DNA of 64,000 nucleotides, taken from the IMG/VR virus record IMGVR_UViG_3300035685_000002, positions 1 through 64,000 of that record. One strand, given 5' to 3'. Both the position numbers and the translations under genes were made by a program. Source of the DNA: a virus. Lineage: Duplodnaviria; Caudoviricetes. Under the pieces are notes generated by a model, which saw only the letters and a list, made by a program, of their open reading frames with translations, ran no database searches and was not told where the DNA came from. Shown one piece after another: positions 1 to 9,263 of the stretch (position 1 is the first letter of the stretch; each line of letters begins with the position of its first letter).

Positions 1-116
1 CACGTCGAAATTTACGCACGGGGACAGTCCCACCTCTGTCAGTTGAGCGAAAGCTTGGCTGGTAAGTGGTCTGGCGGAGCCGTGAATCCCACGGATTAAA
101 TCCGTGGGAGTGTCAA
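1..116 (+). mobile_element. tnpB: 3' end of an IS200/IS605-family element (tnpB C-terminus and right end), truncated by the window
   Basis: Frame 1 reads HVEIYARGQSHLCQLSESLAGKWSGGAVNPTD* (stop 97-99). It is followed by the hairpin GAATCCCACGGATTAAATCCGTGGGAG and TGTCAA, the same architecture as the right end at 60726-60758. Confidence 0.8.
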
Positions 117-217
117 AGAAGCTCTGTCCGGAACCAATTGAACTTTCCTGGTGGCTTGAATAGCTAGCAAAAGCCCCGCTAATTTGGCGGGGTTTTTTAA
201 TAAAGGTTTATTACCCA

Positions 218-730
218 TCAAAATCCTCGATATCTCACCCATGATTTCCATACGTTCACGACGGGTTTTCTGATACTCTCTGCATAGCGAACCGTGTGCC
301 AAGTACCTCCAGGTGTGCCGTTGAAGAGTGCTAGAACTTTGTCGGCGCGATCAACCATCCATCTATCCCTGCCCTTCATCATCTCGTTAACCCTCTGCTT
401 GCTGCACTTCGACCCAACCTCGTTGTAGACATAGCAAACTTTGTGAGCGCGATCAAGAATCTGGCAATATCGATTCCTGTCCTGTGTCTGCCAAGTCCGC
501 TCCTGCTCCTCAAACGGTACAGCGGCAATCAAAGGAATGCCCAATTCCAGAGAGGCGAGAGAAATAGCAGTATCCCAGCCGAGCGCCATTCCAGAGATAA
601 CTTTCTCTGGTTCTAGGGCTATTAGCGAGTTTTTCGCCAATGCTGTCATCCGGGGAAGTCCCGGTTGTTCGTACTGCTGCCAGGAACAGACTTTAGGGGG
701 ACGATGCCCGGTTGCGCAGATAATCATCAA
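218..730 (-). CDS. SLOG-family (YspA/DUF1273-like) protein
   Basis: Motifs TGHRP, ISGMALGWDT, AAVPF and GGTWHTVRYA are typical of YspA-like SLOG proteins. Confidence 0.8.
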   Translation of the reverse strand: MMIICATGHRPPKVCSWQQYEQPGLPRMTALAKNSLIALEPEKVISGMALGWDTAISLASLELGIPLIAAVPFEEQERTWQTQDRNRYCQILDRAHKVCYVYNEVGSKCSKQRVNEMMKGRDRWMVDRADKVLALFNGTPGGTWHTVRYAESIRKPVVNVWKSWVRYRGF

Positions 731-789
731 CTCTTAATTCTCTTATTTTGTGATAAAATAAGTATATCAAAATAAAGACGGAGAACCGT

Positions 790-1290
790 ATGGTCTTTTC
801 TAGTTCTTGGCGTTCAACCGAAAACTGCGATTGTGACGAAACCGACAGACTTCGAGAGGAAAATGAGCGCCTTTATCGACAAGAGAAGGAGCGTCGAGAG
901 GCGGTACTTCAAGAATCGAGAGAGCGAATAGAATCGAGTAGGCGTAGTGCTGATGATTGGCGCGAAGCTCTTGGCAAGCAAGCCAATCTGTATGGGCGTG
1001 AAGCTGATCTGTACCCATCTCCTGATGAGAATGGGATTGATGATTTTGCGATCGCGTCCGAAGCCTGCAAGAGGGCTTGCGAAATCTGGGATGAGCTGGC
1101 TTTGGCAAAGCAAGATGAAATTGCCGAACTGGAGGCTAGGCTTGTTAAATTGCGAGATTCTATTCGTTTAGGGACTTGCAATGAATTGCGCCAGATTTAT
1201 GAAGGTCACCCTGGTCAGGGTTACGTTGAGCAGTATCTCATAGATTCCCTGGAAGAAGGGGGAGATCCAGAGGACTGGTTGAACTGGTAG
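790..1290 (+). CDS. hypothetical acidic coiled-coil protein
   Basis: 166-aa ORF with a TGTGATAAAAT promoter-like motif and GGAG upstream and a hairpin downstream. Confidence 0.65.
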   Translation: MVFSSSWRSTENCDCDETDRLREENERLYRQEKERREAVLQESRERIESSRRSADDWREALGKQANLYGREADLYPSPDENGIDDFAIASEACKRACEIWDELALAKQDEIAELEARLVKLRDSIRLGTCNELRQIYEGHPGQGYVEQYLIDSLEEGGDPEDWLNW

Positions 1291-1418
1291 CCGATGCCAT
1301 ATAAAACACAAAAAACGTTCCGAATAAAATCGGAACGTTTTTTGTTGCTATTTGAAGGGAGTAGTCGCATGGATAAGCAAAAGCGGGGCGTACTTAAGCT
1401 AGTACGTCCCGCTTTTGA

Positions 1419-1670
1419 CTAGATACCTGTTACCCCTGCTTCTTCAAAGTCTTCCCAGTTCATATGGATTAACTTATCGAAGGGGATTTGGTTGATGATT
1501 TCTGCATTTCGCAGAGGCTCTCGCCAATCCATAAATGGACGGTCTGTCTGTAGCCTCCAGAATATAGTCCAATGTGGAAATTGGTAAGTATCGAAGACTT
1601 CCAGATTTGCCGGAATCGACATCCCGGCTTGTTGAGCTACTGACACCAACAGTTCTTTAGATGCAATCAT
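1419..1670 (-). CDS. hypothetical protein
   Basis: 83-aa ORF preceded by the conserved promoter-like motif (1691-1714, minus strand) and followed by a hairpin. Confidence 0.6.
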   Translation of the reverse strand: MIASKELLVSVAQQAGMSIPANLEVFDTYQFPHWTIFWRLQTDRPFMDWREPLRNAEIINQIPFDKLIHMNWEDFEEAGVTGI

Positions 1671-1809
1671 CGTAGTAAATGCTCTTTCTTTGTTTACATT
1701 ACTATTTTATCACAAAATGTGCTAGAATGTATATATACAAAGCAAGAGGTGGGAACAGCCCTGACAAACTCTCCCGCCTCTTGATCCCAACAAATTAAGG
1801 ACAACCAAA

Positions 1810-1947
1810 ATGATAAGACCAATAAGGGTAGTCTCGTCGGTATCGTTGATTATCTTGACAAGCCTCCCAGTTTTAGCAGAAAGCAGCCCTCCACCCGGCA
1901 GTTGCCGGAGAGAAGACAAGACTTGTGAACCGACGCCGAAGAAATAA
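1810..1947 (+). CDS. small secreted peptide precursor (45 aa; not in the ORF track)
   Basis: MIRPIRVVSSVSLIILTSLPVLA-ESSPPPGSCRREDKTCEPTPKK. AAGGA RBS at about 1797, Sec-type signal ending V-L-A, terminator-like hairpin at about 1955-1978. Confidence 0.6.
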   Translation: MIRPIRVVSSVSLIILTSLPVLAESSPPPGSCRREDKTCEPTPKK

Positions 1948-2121
1948 AACATCAAAGCCACCCACCGAGGTGGCTTTGCTATGATCAGTCCATGTAATAT
2001 AAGAATTTTTATCTGTGCGCCTTCGCACAGCGCCCCGCAGCTCACGGGGTATTTTTTTATTAAACCTTTATTATCTAACCATGTGATACAATACTAATCA
2101 CAAAACATTTATTGTGTAGCA

Positions 2122-3102
2122 ATGCGAATAGTATCATTATTCTCCGGTTGCGGAGGCTTAGATCTCGGCTTTAAGAATGCCGGATTCGACATAGTCTGGG
2201 CAAACGATAACGCTAAATCGGTGTGGCAGACTTACGAAGCGAATCACCCAGAAACGCAGTTTGACAAGCGATCGCTCCTCAACATTCCCTCCAACCAAAT
2301 CCCCAACTGCGTAGGAATCATCGGCGGACCCCCGTGCCAAAGCTGGAGCAGCGCTGGTAGCCGCAAGGGGATATCAGATAGCCGAGGCCGACTGTTCCAC
2401 GAGTACATCCGCGTACTCCGCGACAAGCAACCCTTATTCTTCCTAGCCGAGAACGTTTCCGGGATGCTGCACCGTCAGCACTCAGATGCCTTAGCTGAAA
2501 TAATCCGGGAGCTATCAGTTGGCTACAACGTGTCCTACAAGCTTCTTAATGCTGGAGACTATGGCGTCCCTCAAGACAGAGAACGTGTCATCTTTGTCGG
2601 ATTCCATCAAGACACTCAAATCCAGTTCGACTTTAACGACTTACAGAGAAGTGAGTCGGTTGTACTGAGAGATGCGATCGCCGATCTCCCCGACCCCATC
2701 CCATCCCCAAACAACAAAGCCACCGGGGCAGACATGAACCACGAGTATTTCACTGGTGGATTTTCGAGTATCTATATGTCCCGCAATAGGGTTAGAGGGT
2801 GGAGCGATCGCTCCTTCACGATCCAAGCCAGCGGCAGACACGCCCCGTTGCATCCCCAAGCCAAGCCAATGGTCAAGGTCGGAAAGGATGAGTTCATCTT
2901 TCATCCTGATAGCCCTTCTTGTCGCAGACTATCTATCCGGGAATGTGCCCGTATCCAAACCTTTCCTGACTCGTTTTCCTTTGAATACGACAACTTGAAC
3001 GACGGCTACAAGGCAGTTGGCAATGCCGTTCCGGTTACCTTTGCTCAAACTCTAGCAAGCTCCATTGCTGTCAAGTTAGCCGCATTGAACATCAATTTCT
3101 AA
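2122..3102 (+). CDS. DNA (cytosine-5) methyltransferase, M.HaeIII-like (probably GGCC)
   Basis: FSGCGG, GGPPCQSWS, ENV, QDRERV and GNAVP motifs. The TRD (NHEYFTGGFSSIYMSRNRVRGW..FTIQASGR..LHPQA) closely resembles M.HaeIII. Confidence 0.93.
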   Translation: MRIVSLFSGCGGLDLGFKNAGFDIVWANDNAKSVWQTYEANHPETQFDKRSLLNIPSNQIPNCVGIIGGPPCQSWSSAGSRKGISDSRGRLFHEYIRVLRDKQPLFFLAENVSGMLHRQHSDALAEIIRELSVGYNVSYKLLNAGDYGVPQDRERVIFVGFHQDTQIQFDFNDLQRSESVVLRDAIADLPDPIPSPNNKATGADMNHEYFTGGFSSIYMSRNRVRGWSDRSFTIQASGRHAPLHPQAKPMVKVGKDEFIFHPDSPSCRRLSIRECARIQTFPDSFSFEYDNLNDGYKAVGNAVPVTFAQTLASSIAVKLAALNINF

Positions 3103-3120
3103 TAAAGGTTTATTACCAAT

Positions 3121-3741
3121 ATGGTCACATACGTAGAGACAGACAATCGTGGACAGGCTAAGACATCGCTTCTAGCTGAACTCCCAAAACTCCAGCCATT
3201 CCCAACTGGCAGTTACAACTTGATTGCAATTGACCCACCCTGGCAGTACGGACTTCGAGAATCTGACAAAACCCATCGTAATCGCACCCCTTATCCCAAT
3301 ATGACGGACAAGGACATACTCGCCCTTCCCGTTGGAGATATCGCCGCAAAAGGGAGTTATATCTTTTTGTGGGTAACCAACAATCACTTGCCTTTAGCGT
3401 TCCGCTGTCTAGAAGCCTGGGGTTTTGACTACAAGACTCTGTATACCTGGGTGAAACTGACCAATGACATGAGCAAGCCCAGAATTGGGGTCGGTCATTA
3501 TGGAAGGGCTTGTACTGAGCATTTCTTAATTGGAACCAAAGGCAAGCCCAGTAGTTTTACTCATCTTGGACTAACAAATATTCCCAACATCATTCAGTCT
3601 CCGCGTCGAGAGCATAGCCAGAAGCCGGAGGAGTTTTACGCAATATGCGATCTCTTACATAGCAAGATTGGGGGCGATCGCATAGAATTATTCGCTCGGT
3701 CTAGACGAGAAGATTGGAGCGCTTGGGGTCTTGAAGCATAA
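3121..3741 (+). CDS. MT-A70-family N6-adenine methyltransferase
   Basis: DPPW, FLWVTN, WGFDY..WVK, HSQKP and IELFAR motifs. Confidence 0.9.
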   Translation: MVTYVETDNRGQAKTSLLAELPKLQPFPTGSYNLIAIDPPWQYGLRESDKTHRNRTPYPNMTDKDILALPVGDIAAKGSYIFLWVTNNHLPLAFRCLEAWGFDYKTLYTWVKLTNDMSKPRIGVGHYGRACTEHFLIGTKGKPSSFTHLGLTNIPNIIQSPRREHSQKPEEFYAICDLLHSKIGGDRIELFARSRREDWSAWGLEA

Positions 3742-3827
3742 TTCCTAATAAACCTTTATTAAAGCGAGCGAATTTAATTTAGAAATTGCTCGTTTTTTCA
3801 TGTCCAAAACCCCCAACTTGTATCAAA

Positions 3828-4352
3828 ATGAAAAAATCGCATGCACCAAGAAAGAAAATGGTTGATCATTTTGTCATCGCAGATCGCCTTCATATTTTGA
3901 TATCCGCCTACCCTTCGATCGAGAAGAGGGATTTGATCAATAAATACTCCGACAACTACGCATGTGTGTCGGATGCGGAAGTGAAAAAAAGTGTCGCCTT
4001 CCTCGAACGCGAGAAGCGGATCATGGGTTTTAAGGATCTCAGGGGAGTTAGCTCCTGGTGGGATAGAGCCTTGATAGCAGCAGTTCTTCTCCACGTCGCA
4101 TCCCACCCAGCATTGTCAACCCGCAAACTCTTCGATCTCTACCGTTTACAAAACCCCGACGCCGACATCGTAATCTTCCAAAAATTGCTAATGCAGCTCA
4201 AGACCATTGGTCTGCTAACTATTCAACACTCTCCCGCTCCTAGCCACTGGAACATTGCCAACCCTCATCTACTTTCCCGCATTGAACACCAGCAAATCCT
4301 CAGTGCAAAGTTGGTTTCTGGTATCAAGGAGGAGGTTGCTCAATGCGCCTAG
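3828..4352 (+). CDS. hypothetical protein, possibly with winged-helix repeats
   Basis: ORF in the operon between the methyltransferase and RNase HII; ATG at 3828 preferred as start. Confidence 0.55.
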   Translation: MKKSHAPRKKMVDHFVIADRLHILISAYPSIEKRDLINKYSDNYACVSDAEVKKSVAFLEREKRIMGFKDLRGVSSWWDRALIAAVLLHVASHPALSTRKLFDLYRLQNPDADIVIFQKLLMQLKTIGLLTIQHSPAPSHWNIANPHLLSRIEHQQILSAKLVSGIKEEVAQCA

Positions 4353-4930
4353 TTGCTGGAGTTGATGCCGTTGGAGAAGGTCCGCTCGCCGGTCCCATTG
4401 TCGCAGCAGCCGTTATTCTTCCCGCCGACTTCAACCTTCCCGTCCGGGATAGTAAGAAAGTGTCCGAGAAGAAGCGGGAGGTACTAACACCTCAAATAGA
4501 AGAATTGGCAGTTGCCTATGCCTACGGCTGGGTCAATGCCGCAGAGATTGACCGCATGGGCAAGTATCGCGCTGCCCTAAAAGCAATGGAGCTAGCTGTA
4601 GAAAATCTACCCAAGCAGCCAGATGATGTCTGGGTGGACGGTGCGGCGCGATTACCCAACACCCCCTCAACTGCAATAGTTGGTGGAGATGATCTGCATC
4701 CCTGCATTAGCGCTGCCAGTATCATCGCTAAAGTGAGTAGAGACACCTATATGCGTTTCCTGGCTCAGAAAGCACCAGAGTACAAATGGGAGCGAAATAA
4801 GGGGTACGGAACGCAAGATCATTTAGAGGCGATCGCAAAATTTGGTCTTCATCCCCAACACCGCCTCTCTTTTGCACCTTGCAAAAAATATGTGAAATTA
4901 AACAGCGAAACCCCCAGCTATTGCGTCTAA
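4343..4930 (+). CDS. rnhB: ribonuclease HII with an atypical first motif
   Basis: GPLAGPIVAAAVIL, DSKK, VDG, ISAASIIAKVSRD and NKGYGT. GVDAVGEG replaces the canonical GVDEAGRG. Confidence 0.9.
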   Translation: MRLVAGVDAVGEGPLAGPIVAAAVILPADFNLPVRDSKKVSEKKREVLTPQIEELAVAYAYGWVNAAEIDRMGKYRAALKAMELAVENLPKQPDDVWVDGAARLPNTPSTAIVGGDDLHPCISAASIIAKVSRDTYMRFLAQKAPEYKWERNKGYGTQDHLEAIAKFGLHPQHRLSFAPCKKYVKLNSETPSYCV

Positions 4931-4987
4931 GATATTTCAAGACGCTATCTGTCGTCTTCATCCATCAAACATTTATTGTGGAAAATA

Positions 4988-6679
4988 ATGCAAATAGCCC
5001 TACTTGAAGGAGTTTCAACTCCACCTGGTCGCGTACAAACTTTCATCAACGAGCCGTATAAGGGTACCACGCCACACTCCTGTACCTTGATCGTCTACAA
5101 AAACGATATCTGGGATCTACTTCAGTTTTGCTCAAAGTCTCTCCGCTGGGGAGCTGGTGTAAAAGTCATCTTAGATGACTATGCTGACCCAACCCCAGTG
5201 GATTTCACCTGGGGTTATTATTTATCTCCAGACCATCCGGATTACAACTTGCTAGCAGCAGACCAGCGACACTACTTGGTAGATGACCTCGGTGGCTCCA
5301 CTTTGATCACTGTCGCTGATTCAATGGAAGAATCCACGCCATCAGCGGTGTCTATTGAAGAATCCTGGAGAGTGTTTATTGAGGCAGCGAGGAGGGGCGA
5401 TCGCATAGTCGTAGATCTTTCCAGCTTGCGTCCATCCGGCACCAAGAACGATAAAGGACTCGTTTCAACCGGTCCCATAGGTAAAGGCAAAAAAGACGAT
5501 CCAGACGCTGGGTCGTTTTTTGCTATATACCGTGATTTAGCCAAGTATTTGGGCAATGCAGACATCGGCTCTCTATTGCAATTACTTGGTACTATTAACG
5601 ACACTCTGCGGCGTGGTGGTGCCTACAAAGGAGGTATTATCACATCAGCTATGTACTGGCGCAATCCTCACTTCTCCGAATACCTAGCAGTCCCGGTCAC
5701 TTCTCTAGCTGGAGGGCATAAGAAGGGAGTTCGTGTTTGTTCAGCGATTTTGGGTAATAAACCTTTATTAAAAGACGTAGCTCGTTCCGCGACAGAAGAA
5801 GGCACCTTCCTTGCTAAAGTTCAAAATACGTCAATATACGAGAATGTGTGTCAAGGGCTTTTTCTCCCAGATCGTGGCACCTGTCTGATTTGGCGTCTCA
5901 ATATTGCCTTATGTCGAACGTTTGAGGAAATCGCCCCGGCAATGTGCAAGGTTACTGAGGAGCTTTGCAATTTGCATGTCAGCTGGAGGAAACAGGTGGG
6001 CGATCGCGCCAATCTCTTTGCCCCCCTAGAGCAGGATCGACAAATAGGCGTAGATATTCTGGGTCTAGCCAATGCCTTGGCTTACTGGGGTATCACCTAC
6101 ATGGATCTAACCCTAGCCATCGAGCGATTCATAGAGGGTCGGCATGGAGGGACTGAAGCTGATCGACTGGTATTCCACCTGGCGGACGCCTACCGCAAGA
6201 GTACTATCTTGGCAGATGAGTTTATGCGTGAGCGGGGACTTCCCTTGCTGGAACGTATCCACACGATAGAGCCGTCTCAGAACCACGCCTATCATTGCAA
6301 AGATCTCCGGGGTTTTACTACCGCTCGTTCCATCTTTGCCCCCTTTGGTCAGAAGGTGCGCCGAGTTTCCAATTCTCAGCGCAACATGGTGGTTAAGCAC
6401 GGGGCAGTAGAAACAGCTGCCGATGTTGGACCAACACTTCATCAGCATTTTTGTGAACAGTGGCAAGCCTTGATGGAATTGTGCGGCAGGGCGCATTCTA
6501 TAAGCTTTGATTCTTGGGAGGCAATTACTCCTGACTGGATTGAAGATTGGATGGCATCGCCCCTCCTCACTAAGTACTACACAGAACACACCCGGTACAA
6601 TCAGGAGTTTTTACGGAAACAGGCGATCGCTGCCTGTGACGTATCTCGCCCCGGTGAATGCCTAGCCTGTGCAGACTAA
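4988..6679 (+). CDS. nrdA: ribonucleotide reductase large subunit, divergent cyanophage-type class I
   Basis: DLSSLRPSG, LRRGG, ENVC..L.LP.RGTCL, DRQIG..ILGLAN, YY pair and C-terminal C..CxxC. A ferritin-like subunit lies nearby. Confidence 0.8.
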   Translation: MQIALLEGVSTPPGRVQTFINEPYKGTTPHSCTLIVYKNDIWDLLQFCSKSLRWGAGVKVILDDYADPTPVDFTWGYYLSPDHPDYNLLAADQRHYLVDDLGGSTLITVADSMEESTPSAVSIEESWRVFIEAARRGDRIVVDLSSLRPSGTKNDKGLVSTGPIGKGKKDDPDAGSFFAIYRDLAKYLGNADIGSLLQLLGTINDTLRRGGAYKGGIITSAMYWRNPHFSEYLAVPVTSLAGGHKKGVRVCSAILGNKPLLKDVARSATEEGTFLAKVQNTSIYENVCQGLFLPDRGTCLIWRLNIALCRTFEEIAPAMCKVTEELCNLHVSWRKQVGDRANLFAPLEQDRQIGVDILGLANALAYWGITYMDLTLAIERFIEGRHGGTEADRLVFHLADAYRKSTILADEFMRERGLPLLERIHTIEPSQNHAYHCKDLRGFTTARSIFAPFGQKVRRVSNSQRNMVVKHGAVETAADVGPTLHQHFCEQWQALMELCGRAHSISFDSWEAITPDWIEDWMASPLLTKYYTEHTRYNQEFLRKQAIAACDVSRPGECLACAD

Positions 6680-6691
6680 TAAAGGTTTATT

Positions 6692-7162
6692 ATGCTCACT
6701 CGAATTGCCAAATATCTCGAACAGCGGGGTAAGAAGCGGGTAATCCTCGACCGGGAAGAGAAAGACGTTTATTTAGAACGGTACTACCTACTGTTCGGAA
6801 ATGCAGCTGGTGATTCCAAGCGCCCATCTTGGTTCCCGGTCAACATCATGCTTCATCATCTGTGCGCTTCTGACCCTGAGGGATTGCATGATCACCCGTG
6901 GTGGAATATCAGTATTGTGCTGAAGGGCGGGTATTGGGAACATCTGCCGACTGGGAAAGTTTGGCGATCACCAGGAACTTTTATCTTCCGTCGCGCTAAA
7001 TCTTTGCACCGCCTGGAACTCGATGCTGATAAGGCAGGCACTGACACCTGGTCATTGTTCATTGTCGGACCCCGTGTACGCGATTGGGGTTTTATCAATA
7101 AACTTGGGCAGTGGGTTCAATGGCAGGAATACATCCAATCTATTAAGGGATTGAAAAAGTGA
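6692..7162 (+). CDS. cupin-fold phage protein
   Basis: YLERYY, LHDHPW, LKGGYWE, HRLEL and WSLF..GPR.RDWGF pattern. Confidence 0.7.
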   Translation: MLTRIAKYLEQRGKKRVILDREEKDVYLERYYLLFGNAAGDSKRPSWFPVNIMLHHLCASDPEGLHDHPWWNISIVLKGGYWEHLPTGKVWRSPGTFIFRRAKSLHRLELDADKAGTDTWSLFIVGPRVRDWGFINKLGQWVQWQEYIQSIKGLKK

Positions 7163-7980
7163 GAACAATTGAACAACTCTATCTAGAACGCTGCTATAAG
7201 AACGACGATGGCAGATTCGTTCCGAATTTTTGGGTTCCTCAACCAGTTAAGCTATCTCCCTTTACTCTCTATGGTGACGACAATTCTCCCGTTCTGGATG
7301 AGTGGGGTGTTGGTTCGGTGATAGAGAAAATACTAGCTCTGGGTTTGAGACTTGAACTACCTGTTGGAGAATTTGTTAATGCGGCGACCAAAAAAGACCT
7401 TCCGGATGATCCATTTATCAAGAAACTTCTCACATCTAATGTCTCAGATGAAGCTCGACATTATGAAGGCTTTAGCTCTGCTTGCCGGAACTACGGTGTT
7501 AGGGATTGTGTTATTGAAGAGACAAAAACAATCGAATCGTATTGGCAGGCGACAGTTAATGACTGCCACCCGCTCGAAACCGCTCAAGTATTAGAGGTTG
7601 GAATATTCCTGGTGACATTGGGAATTCTAAGAGTGGCTGGCGGGAAGGAGCTTGCTACTATGGCAGCTCGGATAAGCGAGGATGAATCTCGCCATACCGT
7701 GAGTAACAGGACTGCTCTCCATATTATGGGGATTGATCCGACTAATCCACCTAAGAGGTTGCGATCGCTCACCTATGAAACTCTTGACTGGGTACTAGAA
7801 GGACTAGACATCCCGGAAGATGAAGTTGGTGAACCCTTTAACAAAGACTTTTGTCTTCGGGCCTCAGAAGAGTTGATAAGAACGGGTCGTGCTCTGGATT
7901 ACGATTCAGTCGTCTTTCTAGCCGACCACCTGCTGCCCTTCGAGTGTCGCAATATTGATCTCTATAGTCGGGGGTACTGA
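7159..7980 (+). CDS. nrdB: ferritin-like ribonucleotide reductase small subunit
   Basis: Two DExxH di-metal motifs (DEARH, DESRH) plus ELPVG and LEVG; coupled to the RNR operon. Confidence 0.75.
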   Translation: MRTIEQLYLERCYKNDDGRFVPNFWVPQPVKLSPFTLYGDDNSPVLDEWGVGSVIEKILALGLRLELPVGEFVNAATKKDLPDDPFIKKLLTSNVSDEARHYEGFSSACRNYGVRDCVIEETKTIESYWQATVNDCHPLETAQVLEVGIFLVTLGILRVAGGKELATMAARISEDESRHTVSNRTALHIMGIDPTNPPKRLRSLTYETLDWVLEGLDIPEDEVGEPFNKDFCLRASEELIRTGRALDYDSVVFLADHLLPFECRNIDLYSRGY

Positions 7981-7981
7981 T

Positions 7982-8362
7982 ATGTTACAAAGTGAAACCG
8001 CAACTTACCCCCAAAATTTTTTTGAAGAGACTGAGGAAGAACTTGCTTTATGTTCAGCCTTGTGTATAGATCGTAGCGCATTGCTTTTGGCTTTAGCCAA
8101 AGCCACTAGAGCTGCTGGCTATGATGCTGGATTGCAGGCTTGCCGCCCAAGTGATTTCGGCTGGGATGATGGCTGGCGAACTATCGTTTTTATCGAGCTT
8201 CCGAGTAGGTATGGTAGTCCGGGTCTGCCTGTTCAGACTTCTTGGCTTGTTCATGATTCTGATTTGGAGCTGTTCTCCTTCCTGCCTGTTTATTCAGGAA
8301 CTTGGGACGGTCATACTATGCAGGAAAAGTATCAAAGAATAAAGGAGGCGCAATTTGACTGA
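7982..8362 (+). CDS. hypothetical phage protein (WDGH motif)
   Basis: GW.TIVFIELP..Q.SW..H and WDGHT. Confidence 0.6.
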   Translation: MLQSETATYPQNFFEETEEELALCSALCIDRSALLLALAKATRAAGYDAGLQACRPSDFGWDDGWRTIVFIELPSRYGSPGLPVQTSWLVHDSDLELFSFLPVYSGTWDGHTMQEKYQRIKEAQFD

Positions 8363-8669
8363 AGCGGTAGATCATCCAAAGCATTACCAGGGGAAAGTTG
8401 AATGTATTGATGCGATCGCCATCATTCTTTCCCAGAATGAACTCGGTCAAAATCCTCTTCCGCCAATAGGGTCAGCAATACTCTTTAATGTTGTCAAGTA
8501 TTGCTGGCGCAAGGATCTGAAGAATGGTGCTGAAGATATTGCAAAAGCGCAGTGGTATCGCAATTGGCTGATTGGCTATCTGCATCAGAGGTGCAGCGTA
8601 GATGAAGTTTCTGCCTTGATGAATGAGTTCGATGCTCTCGTAGATCACGCTCTCTCAATGAGGGATTGA
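8355..8669 (+). CDS. DUF3310-family phage protein
   Basis: VDHPKHY..ECIDAI, NVVKY.WR..KNG.EDI.KA.WY. Confidence 0.85.
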   Translation: MTEAVDHPKHYQGKVECIDAIAIILSQNELGQNPLPPIGSAILFNVVKYCWRKDLKNGAEDIAKAQWYRNWLIGYLHQRCSVDEVSALMNEFDALVDHALSMRD

Positions 8670-8688
8670 TTATAGATTACCGCATAGC

Positions 8689-8723
8689 AAAAGCCCCCTA
8701 ATAAACCTTTATTAGGGGGCTTT
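8689..8723. terminator. bidirectional intrinsic terminator whose core is the 16-bp palindrome
   Basis: AAAAGCCCCC-TAATAAACCTTTATTA-GGGGGCTTT between convergent genes. Confidence 0.7.
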
Positions 8724-8740
8724 AAGTTTATTTAACTAGG

Positions 8741-9202
8741 TCATGCTCCTGTAGAGCCAAATCCACCAGTCCCTCTATCTGTCTCATCTAACTCATCAAC
8801 CTGATGTACCTTTACTGATAAAACTGGTTTGACAACCATTTGTGCGATCTTCATACCAATCTGTACCTCAAAGGGTTGCTTGCCGTGATTTATCAAAATT
8901 ACCCCAACTTCACCTCGATATCCGCAGTCTATTGTCCCTGGAGAATTTAAGACTGTTACTTGATGCTTGAGAGCTAATCCGCTTCGTGGTCTAACCTGAG
9001 CTTCTGTTCCTGGCGGTAACTGAATACTAATACCAGTGGCTATCAAGGCGCTTTCACCTGGTTGGATAGTGGTTGATGAAGTCGAAAACAGATCTAGTCC
9101 TGCGTCTCCTTCGCGAGCATATTCTGGCACTCTTGCTACTTCGTTAAGCAGCTTCACCTTTAGTTGCTCTTGTTGTTTTTCTTGGACGCTTTCTTGAATC
9201 AT
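8741..9202 (-). CDS. dut: trimeric dUTPase
   Basis: AGLDL, RPRSGLA, NSPGTID.GYRGE, IAQ and [10 protein letters not shown]. Confidence 0.97.
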   Translation of the reverse strand: MIQESVQEKQQEQLKVKLLNEVARVPEYAREGDAGLDLFSTSSTTIQPGESALIATGISIQLPPGTEAQVRPRSGLALKHQVTVLNSPGTIDCGYRGEVGVILINHGKQPFEVQIGMKIAQMVVKPVLSVKVHQVDELDETDRGTGGFGSTGA

Positions 9203-9263
9203 TTAGTAATTTCGCTTTTGCATGATGTTAAAATATTTTATCACGTATTAGATTTGAATTTGC

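Noticed and set aside
96-302. 68-aa minus-strand ORF
   Set aside because: It overlaps the SLOG gene, a terminator and the IS right end; probably spurious.
2122-3741. Complete restriction-modification system
   Set aside because: No adjacent restriction endonuclease; the PD-(D/E)XK ORF is about 8 kb away in another unit. These look like orphan protective methyltransferases.
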